A stretch of 63,580 nt of DNA, the filler included, from Octopus bimaculoides (Eukaryota), in assembly GCF_001194135.2 (NCBI RefSeq). It is 3 parts of 3 records of this genome, joined end to end, with 100 filler letters (N's around TTAATTAATTAA, not from the genome) between each part and the next. Parts side by side here need not be neighbours in the genome. Positions count along the whole stretch, not along the records: positions 17,215 to 45,404 come from NC_068981.1; 2 more parts are not named here. The stretch is one strand, 5' to 3'. Position numbers and translations under genes: made by a program. The stretch's first letter is position 1. Every line of letters starts with the position of its first letter. The notes beneath the pieces are model-generated. The model was not told where the DNA came from, did no database searches, and saw only the letters and a list, made by a program, of their open reading frames with translations. Positions 25,001 through 38,530 of this stretch are shown here, in pieces.

Positions 25001-26221
25001 AACATGTATATTTCTAGCTGTCACATTGCAACTAGTTAAGCAGATAGTTAAGAAATATCATAATCACCATTTCCAGTAGATCTTAAAAATAAAAAAAAAG
25101 CTGAATGTTATCAGTATCAAAACAATTAGAATAGTTGCTATTTCTGCATGTAATTTCTATTTTAAACGTCAGCTCGGTCCCATATAAATGAATGAAATTC
25201 ATTTTAATAATGAGATCGTCTTTGCCACACTGTAATGTTTTATACATTAGAATTTGTAGCAAGCAGTAAAGATTACCAATATGTCTTGCAATATATATTG
25301 TCCATGTTAGATTGATGAGCTCAGCAATACCTGCACCTGTAATTTGAAAACTTACATGTAGTCAATTTTTATGGAAAGCGTATGCCATTAATTTCACTGT
25401 GGTTCATTGCATATTTTTACTTTATTAACCCTAGCGATATTGTACAGACCGTTAATGCTAGTTGAGTATCAGAATTTGAAATGTCAAAAGATAATCTCAG
25501 AAGATTTAATTCACTGGATATTTCATTTTTGTCCGTACCTTGAATGTGTGCCATCTCTGACAGACCTTTTCAGTTACATAGCATTAGACACACAAACGTG
25601 AGTGTGTGTGTGTGCGTGCGTGCTTGCGTGCGTGCGCGCGCGTGTGCATGCGTGCGTGTGTGCATCCGTGCGTGCGTGTGTGTGTGTGTGAGAGAGAGGG
25701 ATTTTACGCATATTTGTTTCTGAGTGCATGTATATATGAAACAACACACATATCTTTATATACACATAACTTGTTCGATCAATCGACAGATAGATAGATA
25801 GATAGATAAATAGATAAAGAAGAAGATACATTCATCCATATATGCATATATGGTGGCATATTTGTATAGGTGATATCAGACAATTTCATTTTTATCCTCT
25901 ATTATTATCAAACCATTATCGTCTTATAATTCTGACTTATACGTCTCCTTGGTGACAATTTATTGATCTTTTTCTGAAATTTTATATGCAATACACATTT
26001 TCATAAACAGTGTGTTGATTTAGATTAGATGCCGAATATTTCAGGACATCTTTGAACACAAGCTGAAAGATAATTACGTGAAATATATTTCTCTGTTATT
26101 TTAACTTCCATTTCTTCTCTATATACATACGTGCATATATATATGTGTGTATCTGTGTGTGTGTCTGTATGTGTGCGTGTGTGTTTGAGTGCGTGTGTCT
26201 GTATTCACTTACATATACGTG

Positions 26222-26345
26222 AAAGTGCGTGGCTTAGTGATTTGAGTATCCGACTCAAAGTCGTGAGTTCGATTCCCGGCGCGTGCTGTGTCCGTGTGCA
26301 TGACACTTTATTTCACGAGCAGACTGTTTCGTTTAGCACTGGATC
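26222..26345 (+). mobile_element. tRNA-headed SINE with CORE-like body
   Basis: gcgtggcttagtgatt (A box), gtgagttcgattccc (B box), gtgctgtgtccgtgtgcatgacactttatttcac; then a microsatellite tail. Confidence 0.7.
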
Positions 26346-26408
26346 ACACACACACACACACACACACATACATAGATATACAAATATATACATAGCTATA
26401 TACATACA

Positions 26409-26550
<142 letters not shown>

Positions 26551-27161
26551 CATTTATATATATTCATACATACATGCATACATATGTACGCACATATATA
26601 CATGTATGTCTCTCCGTCTGTTTTTACGATCTTAGTGTCTAAAAAACCGATCACGAAACGTTGCATGCATGTTACACTAACATCTAGTACAATAATAGGC
26701 TAAATGGATTTCAATAAAAATCTATAATGAGCGCCCCGACACCACAGGCGTTGGACGAATTATATGATAAAATGAGAAAGTTGAAAAAGTATAAGTCTGG
26801 CGTAGTAACAAAGTGTAAGGTAGTAACAGAGAGAAGGTGACATACCAGTGAAGGCGAGAGCAGTAGTAGAAATGGGATGACAACGTTAATAATGCTGTCA
26901 CATGCACGCGATGCTGCATACATACCTTTTTAAATACATAGATGCAACACATACACACACACACATACAGAAACGTGCGTGTGAGGAATACGTAGCTTTA
27001 AGAAAAGAGGGTGTAGGTGACTTTTCTGTATTCCATCGCAAAGAAACACTCACACAGACACAAACATACATACATATATATACAGACGTACATACATACG
27101 TAAATATGTCTACTATACACCATTTTAAAGTCATGATTATCTGTGTTTACGTTTGTAAATT

Positions 27162-27240
<79 letters not shown>

Positions 27241-30200
27241 CGTCCTATAACTGTCTGTCTGTCTACTTTTATAGGGTCTTCCTGTTTGCTGTAATATATT
27301 GTGAGAATTTATAATTAAATCAAAAATTTCAAATTTAGGATATTGAAATAATTTTCCACGTTAAATGCGATTTTGTCATTTATTTGTTCCTAACACCCAG
27401 TTGAGGTATAGGCGAATTTCAATAAAAATCTATAATGGGCCCCTTAGGTGGTGGTGGGGTCCTGTAGCACATGTTTAGAAATCAGCTACGATAAGCTATG
27501 ACACGCGACGACGCCATCTGGAAAACGTTGATTATTTCTCAATGGATTTGTATATCTTTCTGTTTAATTTATTTTACTCAGATGCATATTCGTTTGTTAA
27601 ACGTAAATGGAGACGTTCCTTATTCACCCACTAATCGAATTAATAGTTTGTAATACCTATTTTTAGCAATAGGTTATTACCATAAACGACGATTTGGGCA
27701 TAAAGAAGGGAACCGAACAGGAAACGGAATAGGACATGGAACAGTGTAATGGTAAACGGGAACTGGGGATAACACCCACTTTCCCGATATTACCGGTCAA
27801 CACATTTATTTTACTTGATGTATACATGTATGTGTGTGTGTGTGTGTATGGATCGTGGGGCATATTAGCGCTGGTACATCATTTACATGTTTCCAAAATA
27901 CATTTCATATATGTTCCGATTTGAAGAATCAAAAATATTAAACCTTATCCACCTCTAAAGGAAATGTACTTCAAATACATAAATATAATATTGAAACAAA
28001 AGCTTCTCAGCAAACTAACTGCGCTTTAAGGCAAAACTGTTCTCCGCATATTTAGTAAGTATATATTTATTAATTTTTAATGCCCTCTATTCATGTTAGC
28101 AAGAAAAAAATCATTCGTCACAAATGATAGACATAGTTTTTTTCGCATATCCTCAGAAATGGTATGGATAATTATACATTTTAAATTCATTATTTATAAT
28201 CTACAATTTGCTTACACAAGATTAAGTTAAGTTGGTATTTTCTAATACAATAATGCATTAGTTCTGCACATGAATCGATCCATCTATAATCGACTAGGAT
28301 ATTACATAAATTTAGAAACTCACACCAGCAAATCTTTGTGAAATTTATTACACTGCAAGGCATTTCGGATAGGGAAATATCAGTATATATTAATAAACTT
28401 GCAATCGCTTCCCAAATACAGCAATGGGTAAGATAAGGTAAATATATATATAATACATATATATTATTTTCGTCACTCAACTTAGTGTCTACTTATGTCT
28501 ATAGAAATAGGCATCTGCTTGGAAGACAGATTAGTTAGAATTTAGAATGAGCAAAAACTATCAGCAACGCTATTCTATTCTATCTATAAGCAACTGCAAT
28601 ATTTTCAGGAAAAATTATTTCAAATGTTAGTTAAGAATAAGATGAATTCAATATGTATATAAGTTATAAGCAAGGACTCTAATTAAGAAACAAATAGAAC
28701 CAAAAGAATGAATATGACAGACAAGTTATAAATGTGATAATATGAGGGCGTGCTGCCTTTCATTTCCTGTATCCCAAGTGTGTATTTTGAATATACCCGA
28801 ATTGATGGTACTAGTTCTTTTTAATTTAATTGAGATATTATTACAATTACATTGTTACTTTTACTATTATTCTTTTACTTCTTAATTTGTTTTGTTTTTA
28901 TTTGTGCATTGTTTTTAATGCTTTTGAAATAGTTGTTAATGCGGGTATCCTAAATCAAACCTAAGACGATTAAATATAGATCGATTGATATGCAGATCAA
29001 ATGTATCATTGCCCTTTGCGACACTAGCTTGTCTGAAACGTGCGCAAACAGATTATGGATTATATATTACGAGTTAAAAGTTTGTAATTCGCCGTTCATT
29101 TTTCTGTTTTATGCTACACTCTCATACCTTCGGAAGTGAACTTTGAATTTAATAATCTAACAGGAGTACAGATATAATTGTATGGACTAAATGAATGTCA
29201 ACGATGCTCACAGGTTCATCTAATTTATGAAGTTAAATTACTACAGACTCGTCCAAAATTATTCGTCCATCTGTTAATGTCACTTTTTCTTTATGGGAGA
29301 TATAGAGAATTTTGCAATGGGTATTCCACCCACGTACTTGGCGAACCATGCTAAAACCTATCCAAATATTCACGACAGAAAACCAGTAATCACTAAATAT
29401 CTGTGGTAGACAAAGGGATCCGCTAATGTCAAGCCTTAGGCAACCTTTGCTGAAGTTGCCATAACTACTAGTGCTACTAGTTAGGCTGATAAAACAATGA
29501 TTAGAACAGCCAATATTATTACTAACACAACTGACACTCACCGCCACTCCTACTGCTGATTCTATTGACAGCCATTCCTGTAGCGATTATGCCCACGGCC
29601 CAGTAGCAATCAAAAGGAAGCAAAATATCAACATGTAGAATTTGTTAGAAAAAAATGCAAACAATCATAACTAATATCATGAATGATTAACATAGTTCAG
29701 TTTATTTTTCCTCTTTTATTTGGCATGATTAAATCATTTTTAGTGTGCTTGAAACCGGTAATATGCTTTGATTAAAATGTAAATACATTTTTTTACCCAT
29801 CATAAGGTATTCATAGCATTTCCATAATGTGTTTTAATCTATGCAAGTATAGGCATTACAATAAATTGGTATCGTATATTGATATACAGCGATGCATTTA
29901 TGTGACATACAGAACTACATATCTTGATTATACGAATCGATTACTTGTATACAAAGAGAATTGTTCTTATTTATATGGAAAATACCTGTGAATATTATAT
30001 AAAGTTTGTTGATATCGAACAATATTAGCAATATATCGTATCACTAATGTGAATTTCTAAATATTCTGTAAATATATATGTTGCTCAAATTACAGGAATC
30101 TAGAAGTAAATTAATGGTTTGGACCGACCTATATTTGCATATTATGTTAATAGGATTTGCAAACTGAAGATTGTATATTATATAAAAATGAACATTATGC

Positions 30201-32085
30201 ACAAGACTCGATATAAATTATTTATAGAATGATGCCTTTATTTCCAATATTGGTAGATATTATTTTGTTTAGCTGAATATGAAGCATATATTTCATATAA
30301 AATGGTAACCAATAACAGGTGTTGGAAATATTTCTAACCATGTTCTACGTCTCACTGACCTTATTTGAGTCAACATGCTTCAAATAAATATCCGAGCTCC
30401 AAAATAGGGAACCAATTATCCAATTATTATTTGATGGGATATAAATCGTTCAGTTCAGTTATTTCATAACATGTACATCTAATAAAGTGGGCAGATTTCT
30501 ATCACAATACAACAGCATTTTTGGATAGTATTTTGTTAAAAAAAAATCTTGTAACAGTATGAAATAATTTTAAAAGACTACACTAAATATTGTAGTTAAG
30601 TGCTGAAATCTAATTTTGAACATGTTGCTATCAAAATTAGTGGAACACCGGACAGATGTTGGCTATGAGGATGCGGATCAGAATCTATGTTGAAGTAGTG
30701 TAGCCCACTTGTATGTAGTTAATTATTTTACTACTTGAGTTCAAATCCCAAAAGAAAACAATTAAACCTCTATACGTCTTTATCATTAATAGATCTTATT
30801 TAGCTACAGATCGGTTAATATAATGTGGACTTTTAACAAAATTTGTTTTTATAGATATGGTATATCTGGGGTCACATTTGTAATTATGTGTCTTTTTTTT
30901 TCTAAGAATGCAGTATTAGACTTGAAGCATAATAGTTAATACGAGAAGAAGAAATGGTCATGTAACTTTTTCTCTTCTGATGATAAATAATATTTGACCG
31001 ATTCAATCAAGCGTACCCACCTCTTAAAATATTTGATCTTGCGCTTATTTTGCGCAGCCATATTAAAAGGGATAGTAAAAATGGTATAGGAAAAGATATA
31101 AAATCCCAATAAAAGGCATTGACTTTTCCTTCATATGCATTGTGATTGTGGTAACTTATCTTTATAAACACCAGCACTACATAAATGGATTTCTGCCAAA
31201 GTCACCCGACCACTCAAACACCATTGTTAAAACAGTTGAAAATTGGATGTTCGAACTAATTTCTGATGTATCTATCTAATGCACAGATATCTAAGCTAAC
31301 GAATTTTGTAAACTTCACAAAGCATTTGAATTCTTATGAAGGCGTTCCAATTCTCGCATAAGTTGACACTTCTAAAATCATTGTACACGAAACGAATATC
31401 TATAATTTCAAATTAAAATTTTGAAAAGTTAAAATTTCAGGAATGTATTCAACTTCTGAAAATTTGATTTTGAAGTACTTATCTATTGAAAAGTAATCAT
31501 GAACTGAAAAGACACAACTCACTTATTTAAATATAATTGCCATCTCATATGTCAAATTAGATGTATTATCGACGAATACTCGGAAAATGATGAGCACGTT
31601 GTTTTTATATATTATTTAAGGCGACTAATATTTTATGTATGAAAAATGGAAGAAGAAACATTAAAACTTCCATACTTTCATCCACAATCTATTTGATATA
31701 TCGACAGAATCATCTATAATTCAACCATAAACGGAAAACTGTTTATCAGACATTAACCATGAACACTTTATGTACATTAATAATTCAAAGCTACATGGAA
31801 AATCATCATTGAAGCGAATGCTAAATTAATATAATTGCTTCACATTATATACACAGTTTTTTTTTGTTTCTTTTTAAATTTGCACAATATATAAGCCTAA
31901 CATAAGCTTACTACAATATATGATTTGTCAATTTGTAATTATTTTCTGTACTTGCTCATTTAATTAAAATGTACATCACTTGAAAAATTTATATTTATAG
32001 GGTTTTAATACAATGTATTTATATTGCACTCGATATTGTAAAGAATTCTTAATAGTTGAATCCTCCTATATATAGTATGAGAGCG

Positions 32086-33616
32086 GCTTTAACATAAGCT
32101 TACTACAACATATGATTTGTCACTTTGTAATTATTCTCTGTAAAATATAGGCAAGTGACCCAGAATTTAGGGGAAGGTGATACTCCACTTCATCGGCCAC
32201 TGAACTTGACTAGCTTACTTTATCAGCCAAAGTGTGAAAGGCGAAGTCAGCCACAGCGGAATTTGAACTCAGAATCTAAATTCAGAGAAAAGCTTCATTT
32301 TGTCCTGCTTGCTAACAACTTTTCACGTTCTCCTTAACAAACTTTTCATAATATTTTCACTTCTGTTGATTGTTGTTCTCTAAGTAATTTTACTTTAATC
32401 AAAACTTTAGCACAAGTTTTAGATTAAACACGTGAACGGGTTGCTCTTACAGATTTCTTACAGCCTAGATCTTCTTTGTGAATCGAGAAAGCTCAAAGAA
32501 AATCAATGTTTTCGAATCCTGCTGTCCTTCGTTTAAGATAGCATGTTAATGCACAAAAGGCATCTATATCCACCGATCGATTTCCGCTGTTTTGTGATGC
32601 GGCACTATTACTGATAGACGAGTTTTCCTGAGAAGAAAACCCATCTTCACCAGAGACTTGTACAGCGAAAACTCTTATCCCATCTCCAATATGCACGCCT
32701 GCTGTGACCACGGTAGATAGACACACGCTTGTTATAGATGATATATTTTCATATTGTAGTGTACCGTGACGTATTTAAATGAGAATATAAATATAAGGAT
32801 AGACAATGATACCGCAAGTTTCAAGAAACTGTGGAAAAATTAAAAAAGACAAATAAATAAAACATGCATCCTCAGAATATTGTCATATGGTTCCAAAATA
32901 TATCCGTTTAGTGAAGATCCGTGGATAGCTGAACCCACTCCATTTACGTCCAATGGAAAGATAAAATTATCACAATTAATGTTGTAGCTATTGCAACAGT
33001 GGCACGTGATGCCAAAAGTGTGTAAATAACAGTTGGTTTCGCTATCTTAAACGAAGGACAACAGGATTCGAAAACATTGATTTTCTGTGAGTTTTCTCGA
33101 GATTCACAAAAATCCAGGCTGTAAGAAATCTGTAAGAGCAACCCGTTCACGTGTTTGATTAAAACTTATGCTAAAGTTTTGATAAAAGTAAAAATACTTA
33201 GGGAACAACAATCAACAAAGGTGAAAAAATTATGAAAAGTTTGTTAAGAAGAACTGGCGAAGTCGTTAGCAAGCAGGACAAAATGCGGCTTTTCTTGTGA
33301 CTTTAGATTCTGATCTCAAATTCCGCTGTGACTGACATCGCCTTTCGCACTTCGGCTGAAAAAGTAAGCTAGTCAAGTTCAGTTGCCGATGCACTGGAGT
33401 ACCACCCCACCCCACCCCATTACACCTCACCCCACACCACCAACCCCACCCCACCGCACCCTAAAATTCCGGGTCACTTGCCTATATTTCAAATGATCAT
33501 TATAGAACGTTTGATAAATGTAGTTTTCTTCTTGGTGTATCCAACCAACAAAAAAGAAACGGTATGACGAATACAGAATGGCAACACATCAATAATTTTG
33601 TAGCTTATGTTAAAGT
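32086..33616. repeat. Inverted duplication: arms ~32086-32540 and ~33037-33616 around a ~500-bp unique spacer; each arm contains a SINE plus unique sequence
   Basis: Arms align by eye from aaatataggcaagtgaccc to gtccttcgtttaagatagc. Outer anchor ctttaacataagct (32086) matches agcttatgttaaag (~33603). Confidence 0.9.
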
Positions 33617-36600
33617 GTTTCTGGTACCAATTTTGAAAAGATCAGCCATGAGGAATTGTAGCGGGAATTATTAAAAATATTGCTCTGTCAGTCTATAGCA
33701 GAAAATATAAATCTATTTGTTTAAAACACATAAGCTAAGGTAAAATAGCAAATTTTTTGTGTTAGTTTCGTGATTTCATTACCAATAAAGGTTTTGTTTT
33801 AAAAGTCACAGCTGCTCTCTAATGATTTAACGCTTATTACAAAATAAAGTTTTATATGATTTTCTTTATATTGTATACATCTTGGGCAAAGCTGATTAAA
33901 TATATCAATAACTTAAGATTTTTCACCAGTTTTCTAGGCATGGTACAATGCATAATATACTTTTCATTTTTAAGATAACAGATAATTATTTAAAAGCATT
34001 TGTATTAAATAATTAGAGATGAAACAATCGCATAGTCATAATCATCCACCCGCAATTTTTTCGTATTACTCTGTCAGATAGATGATGGTGAGGATTACAG
34101 TTAGAGTGTCGGACAAAATGCCTTGCATTATATCTTCAGCCTCTTTATGCATTAGATTGAAATACCACTGTGGTTATCTTGATCTTTCATACTTTTAGGG
34201 CGAATAAAATTATGTAACTGTTAATTACTTGGTTCGACATAATCGACTACCCCTTCTTCTTGAAAATTGTTGGTGTTATGTCTTAAATTACAATTTAAGA
34301 GTGAGATACAAATCGCTATAGCCTTCATGTCAATCTCCGAGAGAAATAAATTTGATGATACCAACTTTAGATATAACTCCTGTAACTGATGTATGGACTG
34401 CAAATTTGAAGATGGGAATGGACAGGAAATATCGAGTGGTATCTTTAGAGATAATGAATTATGTAAAATATATAGAGGTTGAAATATACCTTACGTCACA
34501 TTGATATACATAAAGAAAGAATGAAATACGTACCAAAAGAGTAAAGTATGTTATTAAAGTATGAAGGAGGGAAACACGCTTGTTACCCTGCAATATTATT
34601 GTGTAGTTATCGACCAATTGCCTATTATCTAGATTTACTATGTTTTGAAGGGAATTAAGAAGCATCATTGTTGGTGTGTTGTTGCTTCACTCGAAGTCTG
34701 CTAAATGCGATCAGTGTGTATAACCGAAGTCATTCGACGCGTAACTCAGACGTGCGACTATGTGCACCAAAATAACTTTCCATTATTCTTCTACTGAAGT
34801 AGCTGTCTAATTTTACTAGCAAAATGTAAGCCCGTGTATCTTTGAAGTATAAATTTAGAAGCATTCAAAAGTATATTAACACATATAAGAGAATAATGTT
34901 TTAGAGAACAGATTATAACATACTAAGTTAAAACTCGTTAGAAAAATTTCACTCATATATACTCACATGTAAGTATAATTCTATACATACACATGCACAA
35001 ACGAGACAAATGTTTGCCTCCATTTTCATCTAGTGTAACTTTGTTTTTGGTTTCGTAATATATTAACTGTTGAGGTGGAAACTTAATTTCCTATTTCTAA
35101 CAATATAAGTGCTACCCAGAATCCTCAGTCACAATTGGTGAGAATTGAATTGCTCAATTGCCTTCGTTATTTTATAATTTTCACATTAGCATTTTGCTGA
35201 ATCAGTCATAGATTCATATGGTAAATATATACGCTAACAGTCAGGATTTAGCCAAACTATCCTGCTGATAAACTTGTAATCTTCAAGCGAGACTAGACAA
35301 GTATAGTGATCTCGCTCACTGTGGAGCAGTTATCTCCCCTGTCAGTATATGAAAATGTATTTTCTTGCGGCTTTAAAGGGCTTTTTTAACACATATGTCT
35401 AGCAATATAGGTGCTACCCGGTACCCTCGTTCACAATCAGTTACAATTGACTTTTTCCTTATTGGTTTTATATTGCGTATAGCTGCCTTCGTTGTATATA
35501 CATATTATATATATACATATATATNNNNNNNNNNNNNNNNNNNNNNNNNNNNNNNNNNNNNNNNNNNNNNNTATATATATATATATATCAAATGAAGGTA
35601 GCTGTACGCATTTTAATGCACGCAGTCAATTTTTACTTACAAGCTAATAGATAATATCATGTTAGCTATACTTTCTAATTTAAAAATAACTTCATAATGT
35701 GCTTTCCTTTGGTTCTAAAATTTTAAAATCATATCATGTGACATCTGTAAATTTTATTCATAACAATTTCAAAAATGCAAACAAAACAACTATAACACAC
35801 CTATTTATGTTAGTGGCAGAATTAAACGTACGGCGATAAAATATCTTACCGTGAATTGCTTTTATTAAAATCATCATTTCAATGTCACAATATACTTATG
35901 ACACTAAGTGCTTCGCCTGAATATAACGGCTGTGTAAGCATTGATTTTCTTTAAAATTCCTAATACACATTTAAACTTTGTTGCTGTTTGTTACAACTTC
36001 TCCATTCAAAGTTACATTGGGCGTCCAATGCAAATTAGCTGGACATATCTGATATTAGATTTTACACTTGGGAACATTTTATAATTTGACATACGTCATA
36101 AACTTTATTTCATAGAATATATTTTCGAGGTCTTATTTACGCGTATAATTGCCAACAAAAAATTCATTTAATACATACTCCCTTGAAATATACGCACGAA
36201 AACAACCTTTTTAGAAATTCACCCACAACAAAAAACTTACAATGTTTTATTGATTTTATATAAAAGAAAGAAATTGATATCAGCTTTTAACAATCTACTG
36301 AAATTCTAACATGAATATTGAATATATTTTCAAAGCCTACTATCATTTTAACTTTATTCCCACTCTCTTTTCAATTGATTGTTTTGTATTTTGCTGTTTT
36401 CATTTTACTTCTTTCTTCAGTTTGCCTTATTATTTAGCAAACCATCTCATGTCTTTAGTGTTTTCATTCATTTATAATATCTTATTGCTTACTTCCACAT
36501 TCCACCTGCATAGAAGAAATATGAAAATATCACACCTCTTATATAGGCTTTGTACCTTGTTCAGAGTTCTTAGTGATTATATATTTATATTTCACTATCG

Positions 36601-38004
36601 CTTCATGCACATTCCTTTCAATCCATTTATGTTTCTAATACTTGTAGTATGTGTTGTTTTCTCTACATCGACTCCAATTTCTTTTCAGTGTCAGGTTTAA
36701 AACATTCAAATTTTTGATTCTCATATTCTCCGACTTTTTGGCAATCTAATGTATTTATTTCTGGATTTCAAAGTTCTATATCCGTTTGTCATCATTATAC
36801 ACTTATTATAATTTCGTCGTCTACATGTATCAAACTTTTCTTATATTGAGTCAGAAAAGCACACACCTTTCATTTATCGTATGCACTTTCGTTCTTTCTT
36901 CTATACTGCGTATCTATTAGACACATTATCAAAATTCTTTCTTCAGAAACACAAGTCTCAATTCAATTATATTCCGATAATTTATTTTAGATAGCTGTTT
37001 GCTTAATCCCTTGTCATATTGAAATCGGTGTTTCTTTGTATTTCTATCGATTGTCAGCGATGAATAATTCTGTATGCCTACCTACAAATGCAGCTTTGGA
37101 TTATGAATAATAAATCCCGTCATTGTGTTAAATAAAAGTCATAACGTACAACTTCAAAACGATTCCAAATCGTATTTAAGCATGTCATGTCACGTCGCAA
37201 AAAAAAATTTACAATGATATAAGAAAAGCCGGAAAAAGAACGATAGCATAATGGATTCAAACAGATAACAGAATTTATGATAGCATTCACAAGGAAGAAT
37301 ATCCATTAATCTTGCATATTGCTAGTGCATAGAAATTACTAGGTGGCAAAGATAGCTATAGTATTTCTTCATCCCTGCAGGTGTATGTATGAGGTAATTT
37401 GTGTCGTCATGCAAAGAATATACGTACTTTGTTTATCACAGCAACGGACACACAAACTTTCATAGTGTTCATAAATAAATGCAAAATATCTTTGCCAAAC
37501 ATATGCAATATACGTATCACAAATTAAAGCTTCAGGTATAATATTGAAATAGATATTGCGTGAGTTAATCACATTTTACAAAATATCAACATAATGCATT
37601 TCGGTAAATGCTAATCAACAAAGGGATTTTTGCGTGGTCGCTCATTATATTTTCTTAGCCGTTAGACTAACTTCAACCACACTATAATTGATCAAACTGG
37701 GGCGCATAACAGAGCGCAATTGTAATTATAAAGGCAAAAGAGAGAACAAGACGGAATGGTCAAGGGATTGTGGTTATATATCAACGCAAAATTAAACCTT
37801 TTCCTAAGAACAAGAGAGTGTATATTTTTTGTACTTCTAGCGCACATTCACACATAGTGATATCATAAATGTGAAATAATTGACTACTTTAACCTAGCTA
37901 TACAATTAACGGATTCATTCATACGTACAGTTGCGGTTACGCTTATCAGCAAGAGAGGATTTAATAACTTAAAATGTACCATTTATATTATTTCCAAATG
38001 ATTT

Positions 38005-38220
38005 TGAACGAAAGTTCTCAACGGGGGACATATAGCCCCCTGGGGGCCATTTGGTGCTCGAGTTGTGCGTTCTTGGGGGAAGGAGCACTAAAGGGCGTTA
38101 AGAGATTTGGGGCGCTAGGGGTCGCTAGAAGAGCCTCTTCTTTGGTAAGTTTAATTTGAAATTAACAAGTAGTAACCATATTTTCACATCTCTGCGACAG
38201 TCAGTTTAAAAAACCATGCC
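38005..38220. mobile_element. hAT (Charlie/Tip100-like) MITE remnant
   Basis: Starts gttctcaacggggg (compare CAGTGGTTCTCAACC TIR), GC-rich subterminal ggggcc/ggggtcg repeats, degenerate opposite end tttaaaaaaccatg. Confidence 0.5.
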
Positions 38221-38493
38221 TTTTCGTTTCAAATTTTCAAAAACTTAAAAAGCACTTTTTCCACTTTGACGAAACTAAGCACATTCGTGGTACCATGTGT
38301 AACTCGTGTCACTAAAGTGAACCCCCCAAAACAAGAACAAAAGACTGATGAATAATGACAAACGATTAAAATAAATAATGAACAAAAGCGAAAAGCTGAA
38401 TGTGTATGTGTGTGTGTTTGTGTATGTGTTTGTGTGTGTGTGTGTGTGTGGTGTGTTTGTATATGTGTGTGTGCATGTGTGCATGTGTGTGTG

Positions 38494-38530
<37 letters not shown>

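Noticed and set aside
26222-26285. Possible tRNA gene (also the heads at 7484 and 18549)
   Set aside because: A and B boxes are present but there is no closing acceptor stem, and each runs into a SINE body.
28290-28426. Open plus-strand stretch ending at GTaaga (…ITLQGISDREISVYINKLAIASQIQQW)
   Set aside because: Poor acceptor, no recognisable domain, and its ttacactgcaaggcatt core recurs at ~51534, suggesting repeat debris.
29233-29600. GC-richer segment with a 104-aa minus-strand ORF
   Set aside because: No start, splice context or family motif. Other frames are broken by stops; probably decayed TE sequence that I cannot classify.
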